From sequence record LC647030.1: a DNA stretch of 64,000 nucleotides. One strand, given 5' to 3'. This DNA is from Staphylococcus phage vB_SsapH-Golestan-100. Shown here piece by piece: positions 45,360-55,756 of this stretch; the first letter of the stretch is position 1; each line of letters starts with the position of its first letter. The notes beneath the pieces are model-generated. The model was not told the origin of the DNA. It saw nothing but the letters and a program-made list of their open reading frames with translations, and made no database searches. A program made the position numbers and the translations under genes.

Positions 45360-45860
45360 ATGAAAACAGTAAACCAAAAAGACATGGCAATACTCTGTAG
45401 TTTACACTATGAATGGTTAGATAGTAATGGTAAATCAGGAGAGAGATTAGACTTAAGAAATAAAAAGCTAGAAAATGTAACGCTAATTAATAAAGATTTA
45501 GAAGAAGCTTCATTTAGGGGTTGTATATTTAAGCACTGTAGAATAGAGGATAATAACTTTGAGTATGCAGACTTCTCTTCTACACTATTCTTAGATGATT
45601 GTGAGATAAGTGGTAATGACTTTACAGAAGCTCATATCACTAACTTAGAAGGTATAGAGCTCTATTCAGTAGATAATATAGGGACATATTGGGGGAAGGC
45701 TACCTATAATGTGACAGAGGATACCGTATTTGCAGGATGTTGGAAAGGTTCCCTTGAAGATTTCTTAAAAATAGGGCTTGACAGAAATAAAGGTAACATG
45801 GTAGAATGTAATAAGATACAAAAAACTTATGAATTTTTTAATAGTCTAGAGGAGGAATAA
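45360..45860 (+). CDS. pentapeptide-repeat protein (Qnr/MfpA-like DNA-mimic fold), 166 aa
   Basis: About 15 consecutive A(D/N)(L/F)xx-type pentads: ASFRG CIFKH CRIED NNFEY ADFSS TLFLD DCEIS GNDFT EAHIT NLEGI. Confidence 0.75.
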   Translation: MKTVNQKDMAILCSLHYEWLDSNGKSGERLDLRNKKLENVTLINKDLEEASFRGCIFKHCRIEDNNFEYADFSSTLFLDDCEISGNDFTEAHITNLEGIELYSVDNIGTYWGKATYNVTEDTVFAGCWKGSLEDFLKIGLDRNKGNMVECNKIQKTYEFFNSLEEE

Positions 45861-45862
45861 TT

Positions 45863-46102
45863 ATGAAGTTAGTACTGAGAAACATTAACGACATGCCAAA
45901 GATTAAGAAAGCTATGAAAGAAGGAGACCCTGAAATTGAATTGGTGTTAGATGCACCTTTTGTCTTATCAGGTAAGGCTGAGAGTATCATGAACTTCACA
46001 GATACTACTGCAAGAGAACATAACTACATCCTAAAAGAGCAAGGTATCTCAGATGTAGATGATACAGTTATTGGTTACGTGTTTGTAAAAAAGGAGGAGT
46101 AG
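45863..46102 (+). CDS. hypothetical protein, 79 aa
   Basis: GAGGAGGAATAATT RBS. Confidence 0.55.
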   Translation: MKLVLRNINDMPKIKKAMKEGDPEIELVLDAPFVLSGKAESIMNFTDTTAREHNYILKEQGISDVDDTVIGYVFVKKEE

Positions 46103-46103
46103 T

Positions 46104-46994
46104 ATGAAAACATTAGCTATTTTAAATAAGGGATTGCCTGATAGCTATTATGTACCCTACTTATTAAGAGAGGAAGAAGCAGAGATACACTATCGTTATA
46201 AGTTTGACTTTAAAGACCTAACTAAAGAGAACCTAGACAACGTAGATAAGATTGTTCTCTTTGGGTTTCCTTACAAAGAAAAACGTGATAGAAGACCTGT
46301 AAATCAAGTAGAAAGTACATATAGAGGTATGGAGATTGTACACACGTGCAGTTATGGTGACATGATACCTGACCAACGCTCTTATGTAGACAACTCTGTT
46401 AAAGCACCTATACATCACTTAGCTTTACTTTTAGGTGTAGAAGCAGACACTATTGTAAATCTGTTAAATAGTTATCATAAATATGATTTGTCTGATAGAA
46501 TGGTATTGGTTGTTAGAGACCTACTAGAGACATACAAAGAAAGATTTATAGACATCTTTACTCAAGCAGAGTACAATGTAACTAACTTAATTAAACAGCA
46601 TGTGTTTATCATAGAGCAAGTACATAAACAAAGACAGGAATACCTTGCACATAAACAACAGTCAGCTCAGATTTATAACAAAGATGATGTGGGTATTGCT
46701 TTTCTTTATGCAGAACGCTTTACAAATGAGGTAGCTCATGCTATAATGAATAATACCAGCTTAAGTCAGTACAGCAAGAAGGTTGTAATCGTAGGTAAGC
46801 ATTTACCTAAGTCTGACAAGTTAGTAGTTAGAACAGAGAATATATCAGCTGATGCTATAGCTAGAATTATCAATCCTGATAATGGTAGAGGAAACTCATA
46901 TGCCTCTAGCGTGTACTTCAGTCCTGTAAATTCAATGATAGGTGATAAGCTGTTCGAGTATTTAACAACTAGAGAAGACATAACAAAATTTTAA
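46104..46994 (+). CDS. hypothetical protein, 296 aa
   Basis: AAAAGGAGGAGTAGT RBS. Confidence 0.6.
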   Translation: MKTLAILNKGLPDSYYVPYLLREEEAEIHYRYKFDFKDLTKENLDNVDKIVLFGFPYKEKRDRRPVNQVESTYRGMEIVHTCSYGDMIPDQRSYVDNSVKAPIHHLALLLGVEADTIVNLLNSYHKYDLSDRMVLVVRDLLETYKERFIDIFTQAEYNVTNLIKQHVFIIEQVHKQRQEYLAHKQQSAQIYNKDDVGIAFLYAERFTNEVAHAIMNNTSLSQYSKKVVIVGKHLPKSDKLVVRTENISADAIARIINPDNGRGNSYASSVYFSPVNSMIGDKLFEYLTTREDITKF

Positions 46995-47023
46995 ATAAAA
47001 CATAATCAGGAGGAATTTTCTTT

Positions 47024-48283
47024 ATGGAAATGGAAAAACAGTATGCAATAATTTTTGGAGTGTTATTAGCTACAGAAAATAAAATCACATCAGCAAAGGT
47101 TAACAAGATAGCAGTAAATAAACTAGGGTATGAACGTATGCCTGCATTAGAGATACAAGAACTATACAACGACTTAGCTAATGACCCCACTTATGATGAA
47201 ATCATTACAAAAGCTATCCAAGGGGAATATAAGTTAGAGGACTTGAGAGACTATAAGTCAGAGCAGGTATTTGAGTCTAATGACTACATTAATGAGGTAA
47301 CACCATCTATTATTGCACAGGAAGAACAGCGTGCTTCTATGAGGCACTTTAATAAGGTAATGAAGAGTGGAGCTTATATGGCATCACTAATGAATAACCT
47401 TAAAGTAGACCTAGAGGATGCATTCAGTGACTTTGATGTCGTTGAATATAAAAAACCTGAAGTGGTTAACTTTGTAGAAGATGATTCAGAGACTATGGTT
47501 CTTACTTTGTCTGACTTTCATGTAGGGTTTGCATTTACTGACTCTTTATCAGATGGGTATAACTTTGAGGTACTTAAAAAACGTTTAAAAACTTACTTAG
47601 ATAGAGTACATGAAATGATTGCTGATAGAAATATCTCAAACTTCCGTATCTACTTTGTAGGAGACCTTATTGAACACGTTTCTATGAGAAATGTTAACCA
47701 AGCATTTGAGACAGAGTTTACATTATCTGAACAGATTGCTAAAGGTATTAGGTTACTATCTGACATCATTGAAGACCTTAACAAGTATGGTAACGTTACT
47801 TTTAGTATCGTCCATGGTAATCATGATAGACTACAAGGTAATAAAAATGATAAGATTTACAATGATAGCGTAGCTTACATTGCTTTAGACCAACTATTAT
47901 TCTTACAAGAACATGGTGCTTTCCAAGGGGTAAACATTATAGATAACAGAAAAGACATTCACAACGCAGTTGATACAGTATACAACTATAACATTGCTTT
48001 AAATCACGGTGAGTCTTTACCTAATAAGAAACCTGTAATGCACAAGTTACCTAACAGTCAGTCTGTAGACATCTTAATTACTGGTCATGTACACCACTTC
48101 TATGTTATTCAAGAGAACAAGCATAGCTTACATGTAGTTAACTCTAGCCCTATTGGGTATAATAACTATTCCAAAGAGCATATGTTTGGTTATACAAGCC
48201 CTAGTCAAACAGTTATGATTTTATCAGACAATGAAAAACGCTCACCTGAGATAATTCCAGTATTCTTGAATGGAGATGCTTAA
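47024..48283 (+). CDS. calcineurin-like metallophosphoesterase with ~150-aa N-terminal extension
   Basis: MPE motifs LSDFHVG, GDLIEH, GNHD, GHVHH; no SbcC/Rad50 partner adjacent. Confidence 0.75.
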   Translation: MEMEKQYAIIFGVLLATENKITSAKVNKIAVNKLGYERMPALEIQELYNDLANDPTYDEIITKAIQGEYKLEDLRDYKSEQVFESNDYINEVTPSIIAQEEQRASMRHFNKVMKSGAYMASLMNNLKVDLEDAFSDFDVVEYKKPEVVNFVEDDSETMVLTLSDFHVGFAFTDSLSDGYNFEVLKKRLKTYLDRVHEMIADRNISNFRIYFVGDLIEHVSMRNVNQAFETEFTLSEQIAKGIRLLSDIIEDLNKYGNVTFSIVHGNHDRLQGNKNDKIYNDSVAYIALDQLLFLQEHGAFQGVNIIDNRKDIHNAVDTVYNYNIALNHGESLPNKKPVMHKLPNSQSVDILITGHVHHFYVIQENKHSLHVVNSSPIGYNNYSKEHMFGYTSPSQTVMILSDNEKRSPEIIPVFLNGDA

Positions 48284-48284
48284 T

Positions 48285-48650
48285 ATGGTATTGGTAGAAC
48301 TAGTTATCTTAATAACATTATTACTACAGCGTGTTACCTTCATGCTGTCATCCATCTTTGCTGACATATCTAACAGCAGGATGTTAAAAGAGCAGGGTGG
48401 TAATGGTTTAACAGCCTACCACTTTGTCAATACTTTACTAAGAGAAGGGTTATGTATGGTAGGTCTAGTTGTCGGCTACTTTATACTAGTAGTGATACCT
48501 CCTGCCTTAACTATGAATAGCTTAATATTTGTACTATTAAAAATAGTATTTATTATGCTTATAGGCTCCTTATTTAGAATTGTATATATCCTAATCATGT
48601 CTATCGCACAAGCAAACTATATGAAAAAACAAAGTCAAAGCCAAGATTAA
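48285..48650 (+). CDS. polytopic membrane protein (~121 aa)
   Basis: Four predicted TM helices. Confidence 0.5.
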   Translation: MVLVELVILITLLLQRVTFMLSSIFADISNSRMLKEQGGNGLTAYHFVNTLLREGLCMVGLVVGYFILVVIPPALTMNSLIFVLLKIVFIMLIGSLFRIVYILIMSIAQANYMKKQSQSQD

Positions 48651-48664
48651 TTTCTTGGTTTTTT
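48641..48664 (+). terminator. rho-independent terminator
   Basis: ccaaga-ttaatt-tcttgg followed by T6. Confidence 0.55.
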
Positions 48665-48725
48665 GTTTACTTATATTAATATGTATGGTATACTATTAAT
48701 AATACTAAAGGAAGGAAGATAGTGT

Positions 48726-49244
48726 ATGAAAATTAATATTAAGAATAGCAAGTCACCTGCTACACTCATGCAACGAGGTATCCTTTACTTTAAAGGAAAG
48801 CCTTTTTATATTGTAGAGATACCTGAAGATGACAAAGGTATTGTTATTGTTTATGGTGTTGCAGATGTTGAAGATGGTAAAGAGCCTATCAAAGATTTTA
48901 CAATAGAACAACAAACTACTGGTATTGTAGGAGGTACAGCTTTAAGTGATGCACTAAAGAAAGTATTACCTAGAACAACTGGTAAGAAAATAAGAAGAAC
49001 TAACCCACCACTATTTATAGCACCTATCGTACCTGGTGTAGATACAGTTACAGGTAAAGAAGGTCTAGGATTCTTTGAGAGAGAACCAAGCACGTGGGAT
49101 TATGCAAAAAAAGAAATGATAGAAGAGAAGATAACAATGGTATTTATCTCCTTAGAGTCTATTGAATGGGTCAAAACTTATATTACACCTACAGCTATTC
49201 TAAAAGATGAGTTAGCTAAAAAAGGTAGTGACATGTGGTTATGA
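48726..49244 (+). CDS. hypothetical protein, 172 aa
   Basis: AAGGAAGGAAGATAGTGT RBS. Confidence 0.55.
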   Translation: MKINIKNSKSPATLMQRGILYFKGKPFYIVEIPEDDKGIVIVYGVADVEDGKEPIKDFTIEQQTTGIVGGTALSDALKKVLPRTTGKKIRRTNPPLFIAPIVPGVDTVTGKEGLGFFEREPSTWDYAKKEMIEEKITMVFISLESIEWVKTYITPTAILKDELAKKGSDMWL

Positions 49245-50059
49245 GAGTAAAAAAAGATAAGTATAGAAGTGAGTTTGTGGATAATGAAAAAGAAGTTAAG
49301 AAAGCTAAAGAAGAACGCTACTATGAACAGGACATAAAAGATGGGTTACTCTACTTATCTCACATGTTTGAGAGAGAAGAAGGGCTAGTTAAAGATGATG
49401 ACCTTAGGGTTGCAATCTTTGAGAAAGCAATTATGAGAGGTAAATGTATCATGGATTGTTTAATGATAGACACTGAAGGAACTTCTATAGGTCTAGAGAT
49501 TAAAACAGAAAGAGACTCTACCACTCGACTTAATAAACAACTACGTATGTATAGCTTAGTTTGTGAGTATGTATACGTAGTTTGTCATGATGACTTTATT
49601 GAGAAGGTAGAGCAAGTAATAAAAAGATACAAACATAATCATGTAGGTATTATCAGTTACATCTCTTTTGAGGGAGAGCCTATATTTGGTAAATACAAAC
49701 AAGCTCTGCCTTCCCCAATACACTCTAACTATCACATGTTAGATGTTTTATGGAAAGCTGAATTGATACGTATGCATGGTAAAGATAGATTTAAAAACAA
49801 CTCATCATCTAAAGATAAAGTTATGCCTCACGACAAACTAAGACATGAAGCACGTGGTATGTTAAATAACTCATTAAGAAAACCCGCTATCATTCAAGAC
49901 ATGATTGGTGTAAGAAATGATAAACAACTAAAAGCATTATTTGGTAAGGCAATGGTATTAGGTATCAAGGACTCTGAGAAACAAGTGTCTAAACATCCTT
50001 TCCAATACCGTAAACCTGCTGAATTGAAGTACAGAGGAGATTTCAATGATGAACTATAA
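49235..50059 (+). CDS. hypothetical protein with a possible PD-(D/E)xK nuclease-like core, 274 aa
   Basis: CLMIDTEGTSIGLEIKTE resembles a D ... E-x-K arrangement; weak call. Confidence 0.45.
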   Translation: MVMRVKKDKYRSEFVDNEKEVKKAKEERYYEQDIKDGLLYLSHMFEREEGLVKDDDLRVAIFEKAIMRGKCIMDCLMIDTEGTSIGLEIKTERDSTTRLNKQLRMYSLVCEYVYVVCHDDFIEKVEQVIKRYKHNHVGIISYISFEGEPIFGKYKQALPSPIHSNYHMLDVLWKAELIRMHGKDRFKNNSSSKDKVMPHDKLRHEARGMLNNSLRKPAIIQDMIGVRNDKQLKALFGKAMVLGIKDSEKQVSKHPFQYRKPAELKYRGDFNDEL

Positions 50060-51371
50060 AAATATGAATAAAGGCAAGTCCTCTCACTATTCAACTAAAC
50101 GTGTTTTAGCTAGGTATAAAAACAGTGGTGTAGGCTCTAACAGAACAATGGCACACCCTAAAACAAGAGAAAAAGGTAAGTATACGCTAGTGTGTACCAA
50201 GATGTTTGATAAACTAACAGATGCTCAAATGGAATTAAAAGAGAAATATGCTCTTGACATTGTAGCTAACTATAGTACAATTAATCGTAAGTACTTACAT
50301 CTCAAACAGTATGCCTCAGATAGTACCTTAACAACAGATACATTGAGTTACTATGTAAAATATGGTAATGTTGTAATAGGCAAGGTAAGTATAAGACAGC
50401 AGTATACATTTAAAAAAGACATATTAATTATATCATTCAAACAGAAAGGTCGACGAATAGTGTTAGGATTAAAAGCAAAAGACCACAATACAACATTTTC
50501 ACAATTAAATAAAGATTTAAATAGTAAAGAATTAGTAGGAGTGAGATTAGATTCTGATAGTGCTATAGGTATTAGAGCAGAACCTGCTTTGATTGAGCCT
50601 GTTATAGATGGTAAATCCTTCTCAACACAAGTGCTATTAACACCTACAAAAGCTCAGTTAGGAATGCTTAGAGATTTAAATGGTAGCTTAATAGACAGTG
50701 GTGTAGGCTCTATACTGTGGACTAAACAAGATACCTATACTCCTATGGATTCAGAGACAGGAGAGGAAGTAAGAAGTGCAGGTTCTATAGGAAGCTTCCA
50801 AGATGTATCTAGAGCTTTAGAAATTACAGATGAATTGACATACGACTGTAACGCTTTATTACTATTTGATAGTGAGAAGCAGATGAAAAAGACAACTTAC
50901 AAGGTAACTAAGGGCATAGAGCTGACAGTATACATGTTTACAGTAACTTACTTAGACACTTATGTTACGTTATATATAGCTTTAATGGAGAAAGAGTATG
51001 ATGGTCAAACATTACTAGGTTCTTTAGGTGGAAAGACCTTAAAGAGATTAGAAACAATCAAGTTTTTAAAAGTAATTGAAGATAGTGCTTTCTTTGGTAG
51101 ACGTATTATAGGAGTTATGATGGAAAGTAAGAATGGTACTAAACATAGATTGCTAGATACGACAGACTTAGGTATTGTAGCTAGGGTAGCTGACATTGAT
51201 AGTTTAGATGAGGAACCATATGTAGCTATATTTAGTGGTGAATCTAACTTAATGTTTAAACATACTTCTATTAAAAACTCAGATTTTGTAGAAGTAGATA
51301 AGTATACTAGAGCCTACAAATTAGTCATAAATCTTCAAAATGGAGAGCAAATAGAAGTGTATTTTGGTTAA
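50046..51371 (+). CDS. hypothetical protein, 441 aa
   Basis: AGAGGAGATTTCA RBS; no recognisable motif. Confidence 0.6.
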   Translation: MMNYKNMNKGKSSHYSTKRVLARYKNSGVGSNRTMAHPKTREKGKYTLVCTKMFDKLTDAQMELKEKYALDIVANYSTINRKYLHLKQYASDSTLTTDTLSYYVKYGNVVIGKVSIRQQYTFKKDILIISFKQKGRRIVLGLKAKDHNTTFSQLNKDLNSKELVGVRLDSDSAIGIRAEPALIEPVIDGKSFSTQVLLTPTKAQLGMLRDLNGSLIDSGVGSILWTKQDTYTPMDSETGEEVRSAGSIGSFQDVSRALEITDELTYDCNALLLFDSEKQMKKTTYKVTKGIELTVYMFTVTYLDTYVTLYIALMEKEYDGQTLLGSLGGKTLKRLETIKFLKVIEDSAFFGRRIIGVMMESKNGTKHRLLDTTDLGIVARVADIDSLDEEPYVAIFSGESNLMFKHTSIKNSDFVEVDKYTRAYKLVINLQNGEQIEVYFG

Positions 51372-51704
51372 AGTCCAGCATTGCATACTGGTTATACTAC
51401 ACTAATCAGTATGCTTTTATAATCTTGTTTCAGAGTTGTTATATTATTTATGATGAAACGGAAAGACCTATTACTTTTTTCTATGGGTTTTTCATTTTAC
51501 ATAATAAAAATGTTATATACATAACAGTAGGGTTTTCTACTATAGACCCCCAATTTATGAAATATAACAAATTTTTATAGTTAAGACCTTTAATCATTAT
51601 GAAATACTATGAAATGCGATAATATAAGGGTTTGAATAACTATTGTTTTTATTGTGTTTTACTGTTACAATTAAAACAACTAAAAATAGAAGAGGAGTCA
51701 ATAG

Positions 51705-52626
51705 TATGTCAAGAAAAAAGCTACGTATTAAAGGGCAAGAAGAGAATAAAGAACCAAATAAAAAGGATGTTGAGGAAGAATTAAATGAAGATAGTAACAA
51801 AGATGGGTGGGAAGATGTAACAGAAGACATCACAGAAGACCTATCTTCATTCCTAGAAGACTATAAAGAGCGCTTAGATGAAGCTCAAAGTTCAGAAGAA
51901 GAAAAGGAAGAAGAGGAGGAAGAGGAGGAAGAACCTAAAAAGAAAGCAGGGAGAGAAAGCTTAATCCAAAAGCTTTATGACAACAAACCATTAAGAGCTA
52001 AAGTTGATAATGCTTTGGATGAAGGTCGTTCTTACAGTTATATTATTAGCTTATGTGAGCGTTATGACTTAGAGCTATCTAAAGCTTCTATAACTAGATA
52101 CAAACAGAAACGACAAGAATCATTGGAAACAGGTATGGATTTAGGTGAGCTTATAGATGGTAGAAAGCCTTCTAGTAAAATAGTTAGTATTTTAGATAGA
52201 GAGGCAGACTCTAGCAAGGTAGGGGACATGCTAAGCCATTATGATGGTTCTTTTGACAAGTTTGAAAAAACAGTGAGTGACATAGAAGTCTTAGAGGCTG
52301 TGATAGATAAAGGATTTAGAACCATTCAAACTGTGGATTATGTAGATGCACCTATTATGATGAAAGCTATTGAACTGCGTGCTAAATTAACGGGAAACAA
52401 ACTTCAAGGATTAACCTTAAATGCTATGAAAGAAATACAGTTAAAACAAGTAGCTAAAGAATCAGCTATGATTGAAGCTATGATGGAACATGTACCTGAA
52501 GAGTTACATGAAGTAATATTAGATGCAATGAAAGAAAAAGAAGAAGAGTTCTATAGAAATATGGACTTAACTGATGAAGGTAAAAGATTAATGAAAGCTG
52601 TAGAGAATACAGACATAAGACTATAG
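51705..52626 (+). CDS. acidic protein with C-terminal HTH-like region (~307 aa; start at MSRKKL)
   Basis: AGAAGAGGAGTCAATAGT RBS; poly-E tract EEKEEEEEEEEEP. Confidence 0.6.
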
Positions 52627-52637
52627 GGGGACTAAGT

Positions 52638-53129
52638 ATGCCATTTACTAAAGAACAAATTGAAGATGATTATAAAGAACTACTTACACCTAAGAAATTA
52701 ACATCTATTGTAGAGATTATAGATACGCTATATACCAAAGGTGAGACAATCAGGATTATTGGTGCTGAACGTTCAAAAAAAGATGTTTTAGTTAGAGTAA
52801 GTGATGATGATTATCAATATACTATGACTTCTTTAGAATCTTATAAAGATGATGTCGATACATTCTTCCAAAAATACTGGACAGTATCAGACATTACGTT
52901 AAATACTTTGAAAAAGTTTGATGTTTTCCTTGACAAAACATTTATTAAGTATTATACTAACATAAGAGTTGGAGATAAGGTAGTTTATAACAGAGCTGAT
53001 ACAGGAGAAACTGATGTAGCACTGGTTACAGCAATATACCAACATTTAGTTAATGAATCAGACTATCTGTTTGAATTATCAGGAGATGAGTATCTCTACC
53101 AATCAGAAGAAGTAAAACTTCAAAAATAG
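52638..53129 (+). CDS. hypothetical protein, 163 aa
   Basis: ORF. Confidence 0.55.
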   Translation: MPFTKEQIEDDYKELLTPKKLTSIVEIIDTLYTKGETIRIIGAERSKKDVLVRVSDDDYQYTMTSLESYKDDVDTFFQKYWTVSDITLNTLKKFDVFLDKTFIKYYTNIRVGDKVVYNRADTGETDVALVTAIYQHLVNESDYLFELSGDEYLYQSEEVKLQK

Positions 53130-53140
53130 GAGGAATAGTT

Positions 53141-53596
53141 ATGGACATTGAAGTAAATAAAAAACATTTAGCAAAGATTAGCGATGAGAAAAAGTTATCA
53201 GTAAAAGATAAGCATCAAAAAACTAATAAGAGTAAAGGCAAGGAAGTTGACATTTGTAACTCTTACATTAAAGGAACTCCTTTTAAAACAATTGCAGAAG
53301 ACTTTAGCATATCTGCTGGTCAGTTGTATACGATTCTTAGGAAGAACAACGTACCTCAGAGAAGAGAAAGTAGAACTTATGAAAAAGTAAAATACATCTT
53401 GAATGATGAGAATAGATTAAAGCAGTTTTTAAAGGATTATGAAAACTCTTCTTTAGAGTTTGTAATGTGGACACATAAATTAAAACGTAATCAAGTTTAC
53501 TACATCTTAGATAGCTTAAACGTAGACCGTAAACGTAATATCGTAAGAACTAGTAGCGCTAATAATGCAAATGGTGGTTCTAGAAAAACAAAATAG
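53141..53596 (+). CDS. HTH-like DNA-binding protein, 151 aa
   Basis: FKTIAEDFSISAGQLYTILRKNNV helix-turn-helix-like segment. Confidence 0.5.
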   Translation: MDIEVNKKHLAKISDEKKLSVKDKHQKTNKSKGKEVDICNSYIKGTPFKTIAEDFSISAGQLYTILRKNNVPQRRESRTYEKVKYILNDENRLKQFLKDYENSSLEFVMWTHKLKRNQVYYILDSLNVDRKRNIVRTSSANNANGGSRKTK

Positions 53597-53607
53597 GAGG
53601 AACTTAT

Positions 53608-54360
53608 ATGAGTCAAGAGTATGAAAGTTATAACGACATCATTAATAACCTACGCAATGGAAAAAAGAATATTGATAAACCAGTAGAAAGTAACCCTAAG
53701 CTAAATGCAGACTTAGTAGAAGAAGAGGTAGAAGTAGAAGACCTGGATGAGGGTCTATACTCATTAGATGAGTTGGAAAGCAACTTGTTCAGCTCTAATG
53801 AGGTACTAGATTCTTGCCTTAGTGGTATTGAAACTTTTACTACTCAAGACGGTACAATTGAAGATGTTGTTATTGCTCCTGATGTAGAATCAGGTATCAC
53901 TATCATTGGTTTGAATGATGGCTTAGCTATAGACAATGGTATTAAAATGCCACATGCAACTAAACCTAGCTTGAAAAAGCTCTATAGACTTGTATACCCT
54001 CTATTCTTTATAGATGAAGTAGTAACTAATAATGACATGTGGGTTTCTCTATTAAAAGAGTTAATCCAAGGTGGTAAATTAAAACCTATATCTGAGATGG
54101 ATGCAGAATTATATCAAACAATAGCACCGACAGATGAGTCTGTATTAATGACTACCTTATATACTACAGATTTAAAGTTACTGGATAAGAAAGTATTAGA
54201 AAGTCAAATCGACAAGTTACTTACATCTTACCATTCTAGTAACAAAGAACAGATTCATAAAGAGCTAGAGGATAAAACTTCTTATTTAGACTCTGTAGAT
54301 GACGACTACGTATTTTACCTACCCCTAACAGGACAAATCGTTGGTAGTGCTTTAAATTAA
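53608..54360 (+). CDS. hypothetical acidic protein, 250 aa
   Basis: AAATAGGAGGAACTTAT RBS. Confidence 0.55.
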   Translation: MSQEYESYNDIINNLRNGKKNIDKPVESNPKLNADLVEEEVEVEDLDEGLYSLDELESNLFSSNEVLDSCLSGIETFTTQDGTIEDVVIAPDVESGITIIGLNDGLAIDNGIKMPHATKPSLKKLYRLVYPLFFIDEVVTNNDMWVSLLKELIQGGKLKPISEMDAELYQTIAPTDESVLMTTLYTTDLKLLDKKVLESQIDKLLTSYHSSNKEQIHKELEDKTSYLDSVDDDYVFYLPLTGQIVGSALN

Positions 54361-54403
54361 GCACTTCAACGGTCTTCCTATATTAGTCTCTGAGGTGAGA
54401 GAA

Positions 54404-54817
54404 ATGGCTCAAAGACTAAAGAAGAAAAGCAATATCTTTAATCACATTCTACCCATATCTTTAGTGCTTATTACCTTAGCAATTGGGCTTTTTGTTTTTG
54501 CAAAGCAACCTGATAGCCACACCTCTGACAATGCAGGAACAGAAGTTACCAGTACAAGTGATGAAGGTGTTACGGTTATAAGAACTGTGCACTTAACAAA
54601 GCTAAGTGGAGGTATTGCTACTTTCGAGGAGGATATACCTGATTATGTCTATGGTAGAGTTAGTGATAATAGCGTAGATACGACTTATTTTAAAGGCTCA
54701 GACTTTAGAGTAGGTAGTACATACAAGTTAACACGGACAACTGAAGACAGTGCAGGAGGCTCCTACGATTTTAAGTATAGCTTCAGTAGGGTAGAAGGTG
54801 AAAGAGGTAATCATTAG
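54404..54817 (+). CDS. membrane-anchored protein (~137 aa; start at MAQRLKK)
   Basis: TGAGGTGAGAGAA RBS; single N-terminal TM helix. Confidence 0.5.
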   Translation: MAQRLKKKSNIFNHILPISLVLITLAIGLFVFAKQPDSHTSDNAGTEVTSTSDEGVTVIRTVHLTKLSGGIATFEEDIPDYVYGRVSDNSVDTTYFKGSDFRVGSTYKLTRTTEDSAGGSYDFKYSFSRVEGERGNH

Positions 54818-54850
54818 ATTACCTCTACTTTATTAAGGAGGGTAATTTAC

Positions 54851-55264
54851 ATGAAACTAATTATACAGAGTGACTTCTTTTCAGGTACTGTATTCCCTTA
54901 TGCTCAAGAAACAACGTTAGTAGAAGTATATTGGGATAGAGAACAAGAAGAAAATGAGCGTACCAAAACATTAACTTGTATCGTGAATGCAGACACCAAA
55001 CCATTAATTAGTAGATTAAGCAAGGATTTAAATCAAGAAGAGACTGTCATTAAACAGTTTACCTCAGACATTAAAGGTATGTTAAAATTTGATTTGTCAT
55101 CAATGAATACCTATCATTATTATGGTACTCCCACCAATGAAAGGTCAAAAGAGTGGTTACAACATAAGTTTGAATTAAATGACAGTAATATTGTAAAGTA
55201 TCATGTAGAATCATTGCTTTACGATAAGATAAAACAAGTTATTAAAGGTAAACTAGAGCTATAA
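54851..55264 (+). CDS. hypothetical protein, 137 aa
   Basis: TAAGGAGGGTAATTTAC RBS. Confidence 0.55.
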   Translation: MKLIIQSDFFSGTVFPYAQETTLVEVYWDREQEENERTKTLTCIVNADTKPLISRLSKDLNQEETVIKQFTSDIKGMLKFDLSSMNTYHYYGTPTNERSKEWLQHKFELNDSNIVKYHVESLLYDKIKQVIKGKLEL

Positions 55265-55282
55265 AATTGGGAGGCGTAATAC

Positions 55283-55756
55283 ATGGAATCATTTATTAGA
55301 ACTAAAGAATTAGTAGTTACTATGAGTAAGGTATTAAATCGTATGGGAGGTTTATTTACAAATTATTATATCACTCACAAGAATGAGAATTATAATTTAG
55401 CTATCCATATACCTTTCATCGAACTTATTGAGGAAGAAGATTTACTAAATACTTATCGCACGAGATTAACTTATTTGTTAGTTGATAAAGAAGGAGTACT
55501 ACACCCTATCACATCAGGTCTTGTAACATTTAGCTTACCTGAATATATCAGTAATGATGAAGAAGGTGTATCTTATGTACTATCACTCATATTAACAAAC
55601 AACATGACTAGAACACTTTACAATGAATTTGAAATGGAAGCTAAACACTTCTTAGATAAATCAGATGACCCTGACTATATCATAAATGGTATAGATAATA
55701 CTTTAGATGCACTTTCTATAGATAGGGCAAGAATAGGGGATGAAAATGATGGATAG
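55283..55756 (+). CDS. hypothetical protein, 157 aa
   Basis: TTGGGAGGCGTAATAC RBS. Confidence 0.55.
   Translation: MESFIRTKELVVTMSKVLNRMGGLFTNYYITHKNENYNLAIHIPFIELIEEEDLLNTYRTRLTYLLVDKEGVLHPITSGLVTFSLPEYISNDEEGVSYVLSLILTNNMTRTLYNEFEMEAKHFLDKSDDPDYIINGIDNTLDALSIDRARIGDENDG

Noticed and set aside
47024-48283. Calling the metallophosphoesterase an Mre11/SbcD recombination nuclease
   Set aside because: There is no adjacent SbcC/Rad50-like ATPase, and the extra 150-aa N-domain is atypical. I kept it as a generic calcineurin-like MPE.
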